Below, piece by piece: positions 23,474-31,827 of a stretch of 32,000 nt of DNA. Position numbers and translations under genes: made by a program. The stretch's first letter is position 1. The number at the start of each line of letters is the position of its first letter. This DNA is from an uncultured Chloroflexia bacterium. GTDB lineage: Bacteria > Chloroflexota > Ktedonobacteria > Ktedonobacterales > JADMIN01. The DNA lies in NCBI GenBank assembly GCA_963718915.1, contig CAVRAI010000004.1:750001-782000 (forward strand). The letters are read 5' to 3'. The notes under the pieces are model-generated. The model was not told the DNA's origin. It worked only from the letters and a program-made list of their open reading frames with translations, and searched no databases.

Positions 23474-24259
23474 ATGGTGACAGGCGATAGCGACGACCAG
23501 AACAAACCAGATGACAGAGATGGTTGGGATAACTTCGACTGGGAGACAGTGAGCAACGGAACAGCTCACACTGGCCATAGCGACGCTGACGGCGCTTCTG
23601 ACGTGAGCGAGGACGAAACGGCAAGCGTGGGCGAATGGGTCTCGCAGGGCGGCGTGTTGCATTGGGAGGAGCCGGAGGGTACGCCAGACGATATCGCCAG
23701 CGATCTCCGGCGCGAGGCGCAATCGCCCTGGGCGTCTGAGATGCTCACACTGCCTCTGGGCGCCCCTGATGCGCTTCGGGTGCGTGGCGTGCGGGCGTGG
23801 CTTGCGCGCCAACGGCTGCTGGAGAACGAGGCGATGGGTATGCTATTGCTGGAGCGGCGTCAGCAATCGACGAATGAAGACAGTGACGCAACCCAGCGAC
23901 GAGCGCAGGCGGCGAGCGAGACCCATCCGCTCGATATCGCGTTGGCCGAGCATCAGGCGGCGCAGGCGGAGTATGAATCGCTACTGGTATCGCTCGACGA
24001 GGTTGGGATGCACAACGGGCCGGGCAGGGTGCTGGTAGAATATCACTTCCTGCTTGGCGACCGCATTGCGGCGCTAGCCACAGCGCCCGAAGCGCCTGAA
24101 GATTTTGCTGAGACGCAGTTATTCACTACCATCGAGCGCCTGCCAGCATCTACACCCGTGACACCAATCTCGAGCGCGGAGTGGGACGGGCGCGCGGGCG
24201 CGGTTCTGCAGACACGTCGTCGCGTCGAACGAATGAGTGCCCCGGAAGAGGAAGAGTAG
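23474..24259 (+). CDS. Hypothetical acidic protein (no family recognised)
   Basis: The ORF is in the same orientation as guaA and directly follows it. The ATG at 23474 lies 5 nt after GAAAGG. The product is D/E-rich with a predicted helical central part. Coding status is inferred from length, context and non-shadow composition only. Confidence 0.5.
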   Translation: MVTGDSDDQNKPDDRDGWDNFDWETVSNGTAHTGHSDADGASDVSEDETASVGEWVSQGGVLHWEEPEGTPDDIASDLRREAQSPWASEMLTLPLGAPDALRVRGVRAWLARQRLLENEAMGMLLLERRQQSTNEDSDATQRRAQAASETHPLDIALAEHQAAQAEYESLLVSLDEVGMHNGPGRVLVEYHFLLGDRIAALATAPEAPEDFAETQLFTTIERLPASTPVTPISSAEWDGRAGAVLQTRRRVERMSAPEEEE

Positions 24260-24287
24260 GTATGAATTGCGGCAGGGAGGGAGCGCC

Positions 24288-24527
24288 ATGACGCGGCTCG
24301 TTCTGATGGTTGCAACGCCGCCAGGGCAGGTATTCTCACTGGTTCAATTGCTTCCATTGGTTTTGATTCTTCCGCTCGTCATCTTCTGGATCTGGATGTT
24401 CCGCGACATGCTGAACAACAACAACCTGTCTGACACCGCGAGGTCGAACTGGACGGTGGCATTCATTTTTCTAAATGCCTTTGCCGCCGTCTTCTATTAT
24501 GCCTATGAATATAGAAGCAGGCGGTAA
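24288..24527 (+). CDS. Small 2-TM membrane protein, PLD-nuclease-N-terminal (PLDc_N)-like
   Basis: The ATG at 24288 is preceded by GGGAGGGAG. The pattern LPLVIFWIWMFRDMLNN...WTVAFIFLNAFAAVFYYAYEY resembles the PLDc_N small membrane domain family (tentative). Confidence 0.55.
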   Translation: MTRLVLMVATPPGQVFSLVQLLPLVLILPLVIFWIWMFRDMLNNNNLSDTARSNWTVAFIFLNAFAAVFYYAYEYRSRR

Positions 24528-24600
24528 TAGCGAGCCGACGCCAACCGCATCTGACATCACCTGCCCTTCCAGGCTTTATCAGCGAGAGCGAGTTATCTGG

Positions 24601-25152
24601 CTACCTAACCACGCTACACCAGATATCAGTCCTTGTCGGAGACTCGAAGACCCGCGTTCGAACCAGCATTATCCCCTCATTTGCCAGGGGCTCGAAAAAG
24701 CGAAGACCTTCACCCAGCAAAACAGGGACAATGCCAATGTGGATTTCGTCAACCAGCCCCGCACGCATGCATTGCTGAGCGGTATTCGCACCGCCGACCA
24801 CCATGACATGTTTGCCGCCCGCGGCTGCTTTTGCTTTCTCGATCGCGCTTTCGATGCCATCGGTGACAAAGGTAACTGTCAACTGGTCATTCTCGCCTTT
24901 GATCGCCTGTTCTGGAACGTGATGCGTCAGAACAAAGATTGGCGTCTGGTATTCGTAGCCCGTGAGATCCCCTTCGGCCATATCGAACGCATGTCGTCCC
25001 ATCACCACCGCGCCTGTCGTCCGTATCTCTTCCTGCAAGAAGTCCGTGCGGTGCAACACTTCCAGGTCTGGATACAGGCGGCTCACATCACCATTGCGGT
25101 CACTCATGAACCAGTCCAGCGACATGGTCGCGCCAACAATTACGTTTCCCAT
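24601..25152 (-). CDS. Dihydrofolate reductase family protein (RibD C-terminal domain type)
   Basis: MGNVIVGATMSLDWF...GAVVMGRHAF......PIFVLTHH....VTFVTDGIESAIEKAKAAAGGKHVMVVGGANTAQQCMRAGLVDEIHIGIVPVLLGEG. The ATG at 25152 lies 4 nt after GGAGG. Confidence 0.8.
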   Translation of the reverse strand: MGNVIVGATMSLDWFMSDRNGDVSRLYPDLEVLHRTDFLQEEIRTTGAVVMGRHAFDMAEGDLTGYEYQTPIFVLTHHVPEQAIKGENDQLTVTFVTDGIESAIEKAKAAAGGKHVMVVGGANTAQQCMRAGLVDEIHIGIVPVLLGEGLRFFEPLANEGIMLVRTRVFESPTRTDIWCSVVR

Positions 25153-25247
25153 AACACCTCCAAATCGTGACATGATATTTTCTTTGCTCCAGTTTTACAC
25201 GCCCTCGAAGGAAAGCACTTCTCACATCTTGCTGAATTCTCGGAGAG

Positions 25248-25256
25248 GTTATAGCA
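25248..25256 (-). promoter_or_regulatory. Putative extended -10 element (minus strand TGCTATAAC) upstream of the DHFR-like gene
   Basis: The reverse complement of 25248-25256 reads TGCTATAAC. It is intergenic, about 95 nt upstream of the ATG at 25152. Confidence 0.25.
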
Positions 25257-25316
25257 AGTCAATAAGCTGGAATCGCGGGGATCCTGGCTTATTGTCTGCT
25301 CGAAGGCGTTGTTCGC

Positions 25317-27122
25317 CTATTTCTCGCTCACCGCTTCCTCAAACTGATCCACCTCACGCCGGATCGTATCGAGGCTTGCGCGCCAGAAGTCAGGCGTACG
25401 CGTATCTATCCCGAATCGTGCTGCCAGCGTTGCCGCGTCGGCCAGCCCGGTCGAAGAAAGTAGGTCGTCGTACTGTGCCCCGAATGTCTCGGGGTCTGTG
25501 CGATAACGGGCATACAATCCTAGCCCAAACAGCAGGCCGAACATATACGGGAAGTTGTAGAACGAGCGCCCGGTGCTGTAATAGTGCGGTTTCATCGCCC
25601 ACATGTAGGGGTGCAGTTGATTCGGGTCGAGGCCGTCGCCATAGGTCTCGCGTTGCGCCTGAAGCATCATGTCGTTCAGTTCGTCAACCGAAAGCTCGCG
25701 CTTGCGTCGCGTCTCGAAGATGCTCTCTTCCAGGAGAAAGCGGCTGGTGATATCCACCACGACCTGACACGATCCGACGAGGGACGCCTCCAGGATCTCG
25801 ATACGCTCCTGCGCGTTCGCGTCTTTCAGCGCCGCCTCGCGCACGATGGTCTCGCAGAAGATGCTGGCCGTCTCCGCCAGTGTCATCGGCGTGTTGCGCT
25901 GGAGCATCGTACGCTGCGCCAGGTTCATGTTGTGGTAGCCGTGGCCAAGCTCGTGAGCGAGGGTGCTCATGCCATCATAGGTCGGCTTGAAGTTGGCGAA
26001 GACGCGCGACTCATCGGCCCGCAAGGGCATGCAGAAGGCGCCATCACGCTTGCCGGGGCGCGGCTCCACATCAATCCAGCGCTCGCGAAAAGCCCGCGCG
26101 GCATAGTCGCTGAGTCGCTGCGAATAGCTGCCGAACTGTGCGACGATGAACTGCTCCGATGCCTCAAAGCTCCAGACACGGTCAGTGGCGCTGACAGGAG
26201 CGAGCAGGTCATACCACGCAAGCACAGGCAGACCAAGCGCGCATGCCTTAGCGTGCAGATAGCGGCGGAAGTCGGGAAACGATTCGCGGGCGGCGGTGAA
26301 CATCGCGTCGAGTGTCTGGCGGTCAATGCTCGCCTCGAAGATTGCCTCATCCAGCGGGGTGGTCCAGCCACGGTGGGCGCTCAGTATGTTGACCTCGCCC
26401 TTGATGCTATTCATCGCCGCGGCCAGTGGGACGGCGACTCGCTCCCATGCCGCCAGTTCTGCTCTGTAGGCGCGGTGGCGCGTCTCGCGGTTGGCATCGG
26501 CGGCCATGTTGCGGATGACGCTCATCGGCAGCGATTCAACCGTGCCATCGACCTCCATTGGCACGCTCAGTTGAGAGGTGACGTTGCCGTGCAGCTTGGC
26601 CCAGGCGCTGCCTCCGGTGATGTTCAGTTCGGCGGTAAGCGCCTCCTCGTCAGGCGACATCAAATGTTCCGCCTCGGTCTTTGCCTGGCGCAGCGCATAG
26701 GCATGGTCTGCGGCGACGGCGGATCGCTCGATGAGCCCCTCGACATCCAGCGAGCCAATCCAGGCGGTGAAGCGAACGCCAAGCTGGTAGAGCTTGACAC
26801 TGTGCGCCTGCAATTCGCTGTATTTCGCCTGAGCCAGGTTATCGCGTGAGTCGGTCGAGACAAAGGCGTGGATATAAGCGCTGAGCGTGCGGTATGCAGC
26901 GAGGACGGCGTTGTAGCGTTCGACAACACGCTCGAACGAGCGCACGGTAGCGTCGTCCAGCGGTTGTGGGTCGTGCTTGCCAACATGTTCCTGGTCGAAG
27001 AGTGTTCCAAGCGCCGCGATATCATCGCTGACGGCCTGGAATCCCATGGCAAATTCAGGGGAATCCAGCGACGGATAGATGACCGTCATATCCCAGTGCG
27101 GAAGGTTTGTGGAAGTTGCCAC
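25317..27122 (-). CDS. M3-family oligoendopeptidase (PepF-like)
   Basis: It has the zinc motif HELGHGYHN and an N-terminus LPHWDMTVIYPSLDSPEF typical of the pepF/M3 subgroup. The GTG at 27122 lies 7 nt after AAGGAG. The ORF-track start at 27227 adds about 35 non-conserved residues. Confidence 0.88.
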   Translation of the reverse strand: MATSTNLPHWDMTVIYPSLDSPEFAMGFQAVSDDIAALGTLFDQEHVGKHDPQPLDDATVRSFERVVERYNAVLAAYRTLSAYIHAFVSTDSRDNLAQAKYSELQAHSVKLYQLGVRFTAWIGSLDVEGLIERSAVAADHAYALRQAKTEAEHLMSPDEEALTAELNITGGSAWAKLHGNVTSQLSVPMEVDGTVESLPMSVIRNMAADANRETRHRAYRAELAAWERVAVPLAAAMNSIKGEVNILSAHRGWTTPLDEAIFEASIDRQTLDAMFTAARESFPDFRRYLHAKACALGLPVLAWYDLLAPVSATDRVWSFEASEQFIVAQFGSYSQRLSDYAARAFRERWIDVEPRPGKRDGAFCMPLRADESRVFANFKPTYDGMSTLAHELGHGYHNMNLAQRTMLQRNTPMTLAETASIFCETIVREAALKDANAQERIEILEASLVGSCQVVVDITSRFLLEESIFETRRKRELSVDELNDMMLQAQRETYGDGLDPNQLHPYMWAMKPHYYSTGRSFYNFPYMFGLLFGLGLYARYRTDPETFGAQYDDLLSSTGLADAATLAARFGIDTRTPDFWRASLDTIRREVDQFEEAVSEK

Positions 27123-27189
27123 ACGTCTGCTCCTTAGCCTGTGAGTGATTTTTGCATATCGCCACACGGAGGCGGGGTTCTGCCTCGCA

Positions 27190-27198
27190 ATTGTAGCA
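27190..27198 (-). promoter_or_regulatory. Putative extended -10 element (minus strand TGCTACAAT) upstream of the M3 peptidase gene
   Basis: The reverse complement of 27190-27198 reads TGCTACAAT, preceded by G. It lies about 70 nt upstream of the GTG at 27122. Confidence 0.35.
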
Positions 27199-27240
27199 CC
27201 AGCGTTGTGTAGTGATTTGTCCGGCATATGATGGGGTATC

Positions 27241-27270
27241 TTGCCAGCGGTGGTTGTTTCCAGCTACAAT
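27241..27270 (+). promoter_or_regulatory. Putative sigma70-type promoter: TTGCCA (27241-27246), 18 nt spacer, TACAAT (27265-27270)
   Basis: Read directly from the sequence. The -10 ends only 9 nt before the ATG at 27280 of the PD40 lipoprotein gene. Confidence 0.45.
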
Positions 27271-27279
27271 TGCGGCGCA

Positions 27280-28599
27280 ATGAAAGATACCGAAACCAAA
27301 ACAGTCAAACAACATTTGCACCGCGAAAGAGGCATGACCGCCAGCGCGGTGTTGCTTATCGTTTGCCTTGCTATGACGTTCCTTGCGGGCTGTGGGCTGC
27401 AAAATGGCAGTGAGACCATTGCTTTTCTGCGTGGCAAGACACTCTGGGCGATTAACCCGGATGGGTCGGGACTGCGGCAGTTAGCCCAGGGGAATATTGT
27501 CAGCTTCTCCTGGTCGCCTGACCATCACCAATACGTCATGCGAACGGCCCAGCTGTCTGCTCTACCACTTTCTACCAGCCCGCTGGGCGTGCCTGATGCG
27601 CCTGGAGAGCTTGCCGTGGGCAGCGTGAATGGTGGTAGTGCTGTTCAGATCACGCCGAACCTGGCGGGGTTGGCGCGCAGTGACGCTTGGTGGAACGCGG
27701 ATGGCAACCGGTTGCTCTATCGCGAATCGTTTGCCGGAACAGGTCTGGTGGGGGCAACATATGTCGTCTCGCAAGCTGACCAGCCTGTCGGTATCGCGCG
27801 TAAATCCGTCGCGCAAAACGCGGGTCTGCCCGTGCTTTCACCCGATGGCAGTCGCCTGGCTTCTATAGATAGCAGGGGCGATATCTACCTTGGCGCTCCC
27901 GGCACGTCTGGCCAGATCATGGCGACGGGCGCGCTGCTGATGATGCCCAATAGCAATCGCCCTGCCCGGTTGCTTTGGCAGCCACAGCACAACGCGCTGC
28001 TCTATCTGTCGTCTGGCGCTCAATCAAAAGCAGCGATTGAATTGCTTGAGCTGGGCGGGAAGCCACGCTCACTGGGCGAGGTGAGCGGCCTGCTCGATCT
28101 CTCGTTCTCGCCTGATGGCTCACGGCTGCTGCTGCGAACAACCCAGGGATTCGAGGTCTGGAACGTCGCACAGCTGGGAAAAGCGGTATTCTCGTGGACA
28201 GAGGCCGATCCTGCGGCGCTGCCGTGGTGGTCGCCCGCTGGTGGACGTATTCTGATCCAGGAAAGCGATGGCTGGCGGCTGGTTGACATTGCGCGGCATA
28301 GCATAAGTACGCTCATCACGTTTCCGGGAGTGAAGCCAACTGATATAACGGGCGTGACCAGTTGGCATCCCGCCACGGGCAGCCCATGGGATGCGACGGG
28401 CAATCGCTTTATCTTTGTTGGCGCGAGTAGCGCGCTCTGGCAGGGCAAAACGCTCCCCGCGCCACACGCCAACACAACCGGCCTGTACGTCGCCAACCTT
28501 GCGAGTGGCCAGGCGCTGACATTGGTCGACAGCGGCGCAGACCGCTCGCCTACCTGGAGTTATCTCGATCCTTCGACGGCGTTTCTGGTGATGGCATGA
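27280..28599 (+). CDS. PD40/WD40-like beta-propeller lipoprotein (TolB-like extracytoplasmic domain)
   Basis: The signal peptide carries a lipobox (...LLIVCLAMTFLAGCG). There are repeated SPDG-type PD40 motifs: FSWSPDHHQ, LSPDGSRLA, SFSPDGSRLLL, WWSPAGGRILI. The start is ambiguous between 27280 and 27334. Confidence 0.8.
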   Translation: MKDTETKTVKQHLHRERGMTASAVLLIVCLAMTFLAGCGLQNGSETIAFLRGKTLWAINPDGSGLRQLAQGNIVSFSWSPDHHQYVMRTAQLSALPLSTSPLGVPDAPGELAVGSVNGGSAVQITPNLAGLARSDAWWNADGNRLLYRESFAGTGLVGATYVVSQADQPVGIARKSVAQNAGLPVLSPDGSRLASIDSRGDIYLGAPGTSGQIMATGALLMMPNSNRPARLLWQPQHNALLYLSSGAQSKAAIELLELGGKPRSLGEVSGLLDLSFSPDGSRLLLRTTQGFEVWNVAQLGKAVFSWTEADPAALPWWSPAGGRILIQESDGWRLVDIARHSISTLITFPGVKPTDITGVTSWHPATGSPWDATGNRFIFVGASSALWQGKTLPAPHANTTGLYVANLASGQALTLVDSGADRSPTWSYLDPSTAFLVMA

Positions 28600-28625
28600 A
28601 CGCATGCACGGGCTGGGGGTGAATC

Positions 28626-28838
28626 ATGTCTGGGACGCGGGATACCGATGAGTATGAGCAGGATGATCTGGAAGGCGACGACGACTTTGACCCCAACGAA
28701 TACAACACGCTGGTCGAGTTGGAGCGGCTCGAAAGCCTTGAAGAAGAGATGCAGGAGTTGGGCGTCGCCTCGCTCGACGACATCCGCCGACGAATAGGGG
28801 AGTTGAACGCCCAACTGGATGAGGAACGCAAAGGCTGA
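28626..28838 (+). CDS. Small acidic coiled-coil protein, hypothetical (70 aa)
   Basis: The ATG lies 6 nt after GGGGGTG. The product MSGTRDTDEYEQDDLEGDDDFDPNEYNTLVELERLESLEEEMQELG... has a protein-like composition. It starts 26 nt after the lipoprotein gene. Confidence 0.5.
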   Translation: MSGTRDTDEYEQDDLEGDDDFDPNEYNTLVELERLESLEEEMQELGVASLDDIRRRIGELNAQLDEERKG

Positions 28839-28879
28839 TCGAGAGCATGGAAGCGCCGACGATCAAGCCGCCATCTCCG

Positions 28880-29266
28880 TTACGAGTTGCGCACTGCTAT
28901 CGCCTCGATCTCCACCTGTGCGCCTTTTGGTAACTCCGCGACGGCGACAGTCGAGCGCGCGGGCGGCTCGTCGCCAAAGTAGGTCGCATAGACCTCGTTC
29001 ATCGCGATGAAATTGCTCATGCTTGTCAGGAAGACGGTTGTCTTGACGACATTGCCCAGCGAACTGCCTGCTGCCTCCAGGACTGCTGTCAGGTTTTGCA
29101 GCACGCGATGTGTCTGTGCCTGCACGTCGCCTTCGACAAGCTGGCCAGAGGCAGGATCGAGCGCGATCTGGCCTGAGGCGAAGACGATTCCATCGAGGGC
29201 GATGGCCTGGCTGTAGGGGCCGAGGGCCGCGGGGGCTGATGGGGTGGAAATCTTCGTGCGAGTCAC
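28880..29266 (-). CDS. ridA: RidA/YjgF-family reactive-intermediate deaminase
   Basis: TKISTPSAPAALGPYSQAI...GQIALDPASGQLV.GDV.AQT.QVLQNL.AVLEAAGS....VVKTTVFL......NEVY..YF....PARS.V.V..LP.GA.VEIEAIA. I prefer the GTG at 29266 (about 128 aa) over the ATG at 29302. Confidence 0.88.
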   Translation of the reverse strand: MTRTKISTPSAPAALGPYSQAIALDGIVFASGQIALDPASGQLVEGDVQAQTHRVLQNLTAVLEAAGSSLGNVVKTTVFLTSMSNFIAMNEVYATYFGDEPPARSTVAVAELPKGAQVEIEAIAVRNS

Positions 29267-29422
29267 AGTGTATTTCCTTTCAAGAGCAACATTTGCAAAC
29301 ATTCAGCGGGAAGCCCTGTTAATTATAACGCTGTCGTCCCGTGTGTGGGCCATTGCACGGCTCACTGTGATAGAGTGACCGCGATAGCAGATGGGATGGA
29401 TACACGGGAACGGAGCAGCGCG

Positions 29423-29911
29423 ATGGAGCCAGATTTGCTGGAATGGTTTGCTACCGAGGGGCTGGTGCGCTATTCCGCAAGCGCGAGTGATGATAGTGAC
29501 GAGAGCGAAGATATTGAGGTGGCTCATCCGCCGCTCGTTGCGCTTGGACCGCGTGATGATGACTTTGTGCTGCCACCGCACCCGGATGTATTGCGCTATG
29601 CGGGCAAGCGACTACATGAGATGCGGTTGCAGGATTATAACGAGTTTCTCTTCCGCTGGTTCGAAGTAGCGCTACGGGCTGGGGATGTTCGTTGCGCGTC
29701 CTGCGGGCGGGTGTTGCGCGACGAACCTGATCTGCCACCTACAGAAACCTGGGACGCGATCTTTGTCGAGAAAGACCTGGTCGCGTGGATGCTGGTACAC
29801 TTTGACTGTAAGCGGTGGCTTGCCAAAAAGCTGACTGGCGTCCAGCCGTTCGACCTGACTCCGCGTGAGACACCTTGCTATACGCTCTCCACATCGGCGA
29901 CGCGCCAATAG
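29423..29911 (+). CDS. Hypothetical protein with an acidic N-terminus and a CxxC...HxxC cluster
   Basis: The ATG at 29423 lies 7 nt after GGAG. The product carries CASCGRVL and HFDCKRW, about 40 aa apart. No family is recognised. It ends 33 nt before polX. Confidence 0.5.
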   Translation: MEPDLLEWFATEGLVRYSASASDDSDESEDIEVAHPPLVALGPRDDDFVLPPHPDVLRYAGKRLHEMRLQDYNEFLFRWFEVALRAGDVRCASCGRVLRDEPDLPPTETWDAIFVEKDLVAWMLVHFDCKRWLAKKLTGVQPFDLTPRETPCYTLSTSATRQ

Positions 29912-29944
29912 GCGTGCCGAGAACATTCCGGGAGATGCAGGATC

Positions 29945-31765
29945 ATGTCACAACAATCAGACGAGGCGTCCGATGGGACATCCAGAGGAACTGGCGCACC
30001 CGGTGGGATTCGCCGCGCGCAGCCAGACAAGGCTGAGGTTGCCGCGGTTCTCGATGAGATCGGTACGCTACTGGAGCTAGATGGTGGCAACCCATTCGAG
30101 TCGCGCGCCTACCAGAACGCGGCACGCGCGCTCAACAATGCTGAGGGCGATATCACCGAGATGGTGCAGAGCGGAGCGCTGGCAAAGCTCCCTGGTATGG
30201 GCAAGACGCTGGTGGCGCGTATCACCGAATATATCACTACGGGCAGGCTCGCGCTCTACGATGAACTGCTCGAACGTGTGCCTATTGGCTTGCGTCAGAT
30301 GACGCGGATTCCCGGACTTGGGCCGAAGCGTATACGTCAGATTTACGAATCACTTGGTGTCAGCACCCTCGATGATCTGAAGGCTGCCGCTGAGGCTGGC
30401 ACGATTGCGACGCTACCGGGCTTTGGCGCGAAGAGCCAGGAGAATATCCTCAAAGGACTGGAGTTCCTGGCAAGCCATCAGGATCGCACACTCTATCCAG
30501 TGGCCCAGGCCCAGGCCCAGGCAATCGCCGCGATCCTGCGCGCGTTACCGCAGATCGTGCGCATGGAGGTTGCTGGGAGCATCCGCCGCCACAAGGAGGT
30601 TGTGGGGGACATTGATATCGTGGGCAGTGTCGCGCGGCTCGAAGACCGGCAACCAGTAATGGATACGCTCCTGGCGCATCCGCTGGTGGCGTCGGTCACG
30701 GGTAGCGGTGAGACCAAGACGAGCGTCGTGCTTCGCTCGGGTATCGCGCTCGATTTGCGGCTTGTCGGTGATGACGAGTTTCCCTACCTTCTGCACCACT
30801 TTACCGGATCGAAGGAGCATAATGTTGCGCTCCGCAGCCGTGCCCACGCCCAGGGCATCAAGATCAACGAGTATGGCATCTTCCGCGATGACCAGTTGAT
30901 TCCGTGCGCGAACGAGCACGAGTTCTATGCGGCCTTTGGGATGGCATACATCGAGCCGGAAATGCGCGAAGAGCGTGGCGAGATTGAGGCGGCGCTCAAA
31001 GGCAACCTGCCACATCTGGTGGAAGAGACCGACCTACAGGGCATTTTGCATGTCCACAGCACCTGGAGCGACGGCAAGGCATCCATTCGCGAGATGGCTG
31101 ATGCGACGATTGCGCTGGGCAAAGAGTACCTTGGCATGTGCGACCATAGCAAATTTGCCGCCTATGCTGGGGGGCTTGATGCCGATGCGGTGCGCCGTCA
31201 GCAGGCGGAGATCGATGCCCTCAACCAGGAGTTCGCGGGTCGGCTGCGCATTCTCAAAGGCACTGAATGCGATATCCTGCGCGATGGCTCGCTGGACTAC
31301 GATGATGAGACCCTGGCAACCTTCGATTTCGTCGTCGCCTCGATCCACAGCAACTTCAATCTCTCGCCTGACGATCAGACGCAGCGGCTGATTCGCGCGA
31401 TGGAAAACCCCTATTGCTCGATTCTCGGGCATCCGACGGGCCGGATTCTGCTGCGGCGCGACGGCTATGCGCCCGACCTGGAGCGTGTTATCGCGCGTGC
31501 GGGTGAGTTGGGCGTGGCCATCGAGCTGAACGCCGATCCCAATCGCTTTGACCTCGACTGGCGCTGGCATCGCTTCGCCACCGAGCGCGGCGTGCGCATA
31601 CCCATCTGCCCCGATGCGCATACACCCGATGGCCTGAAGAACATCCACTTTGGCATAGGGATCGCGCGGAAGGGCTGGCTGACCGCGAGCGATGTGCTCA
31701 ATACGCTGGCGGTTGACGATCTCCTGGTTTTTTTCGCCGAGCAGCGGCGGCGTAAAGGGGCCTGA
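29945..31765 (+). CDS. polX: DNA polymerase X family protein with a C-terminal PHP phosphoesterase domain
   Basis: Motifs: NPFESRAYQNAARAL, HhH motifs (IPGLGPKRI, LPGFGAKSQ), GSIRRHKEVVGDIDIV (catalytic Asp pair), HHFTGSKEHN. The PHP domain carries LHVHSTWSDG...CDH...ASIHS...LGHPTGR...ELNA. Confidence 0.92.
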   Translation: MSQQSDEASDGTSRGTGAPGGIRRAQPDKAEVAAVLDEIGTLLELDGGNPFESRAYQNAARALNNAEGDITEMVQSGALAKLPGMGKTLVARITEYITTGRLALYDELLERVPIGLRQMTRIPGLGPKRIRQIYESLGVSTLDDLKAAAEAGTIATLPGFGAKSQENILKGLEFLASHQDRTLYPVAQAQAQAIAAILRALPQIVRMEVAGSIRRHKEVVGDIDIVGSVARLEDRQPVMDTLLAHPLVASVTGSGETKTSVVLRSGIALDLRLVGDDEFPYLLHHFTGSKEHNVALRSRAHAQGIKINEYGIFRDDQLIPCANEHEFYAAFGMAYIEPEMREERGEIEAALKGNLPHLVEETDLQGILHVHSTWSDGKASIREMADATIALGKEYLGMCDHSKFAAYAGGLDADAVRRQQAEIDALNQEFAGRLRILKGTECDILRDGSLDYDDETLATFDFVVASIHSNFNLSPDDQTQRLIRAMENPYCSILGHPTGRILLRRDGYAPDLERVIARAGELGVAIELNADPNRFDLDWRWHRFATERGVRIPICPDAHTPDGLKNIHFGIGIARKGWLTASDVLNTLAVDDLLVFFAEQRRRKGA

Positions 31766-31827
31766 GAGCGTCGCGAAAAGTGTTCGCCACTACATGGCGT
31801 AGTGATGATGTCATGAAGGGACAGTGC

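Noticed and set aside
24656-24664. GTTCGAACC string resembling a tRNA T-loop
   Set aside because: It lies inside the DHFR-like CDS. The flanks do not fold into acceptor, D or anticodon arms.
24475-25170. 231-aa ORF on the + strand (and the overlapping ORF 24962..25750)
   Set aside because: It is antisense to the DHFR-like gene, whose product is clearly recognisable. The second ORF runs through an intergenic region into the peptidase gene antisense.
25260-25294. Hairpin (CAATAAGC...GCTTATTG) as a terminator of the M3 peptidase gene
   Set aside because: It is an 8-bp stem with a 19-nt loop and no U-tract on the relevant (minus) strand. It also overlaps the region where the next gene's extended -10 element lies.
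25584-26849. 421-aa ORF on the + strand
   Set aside because: It is entirely antisense to the well-supported M3 peptidase gene. Its composition is R/A/G/L/V-rich, typical of shadow ORFs in GC-rich DNA, and it has no recognisable motifs.
30503-30520. (GCCCAG)x3 microsatellite
   Set aside because: It simply encodes AQAQAQ in a linker of PolX. It is too short to be notable.
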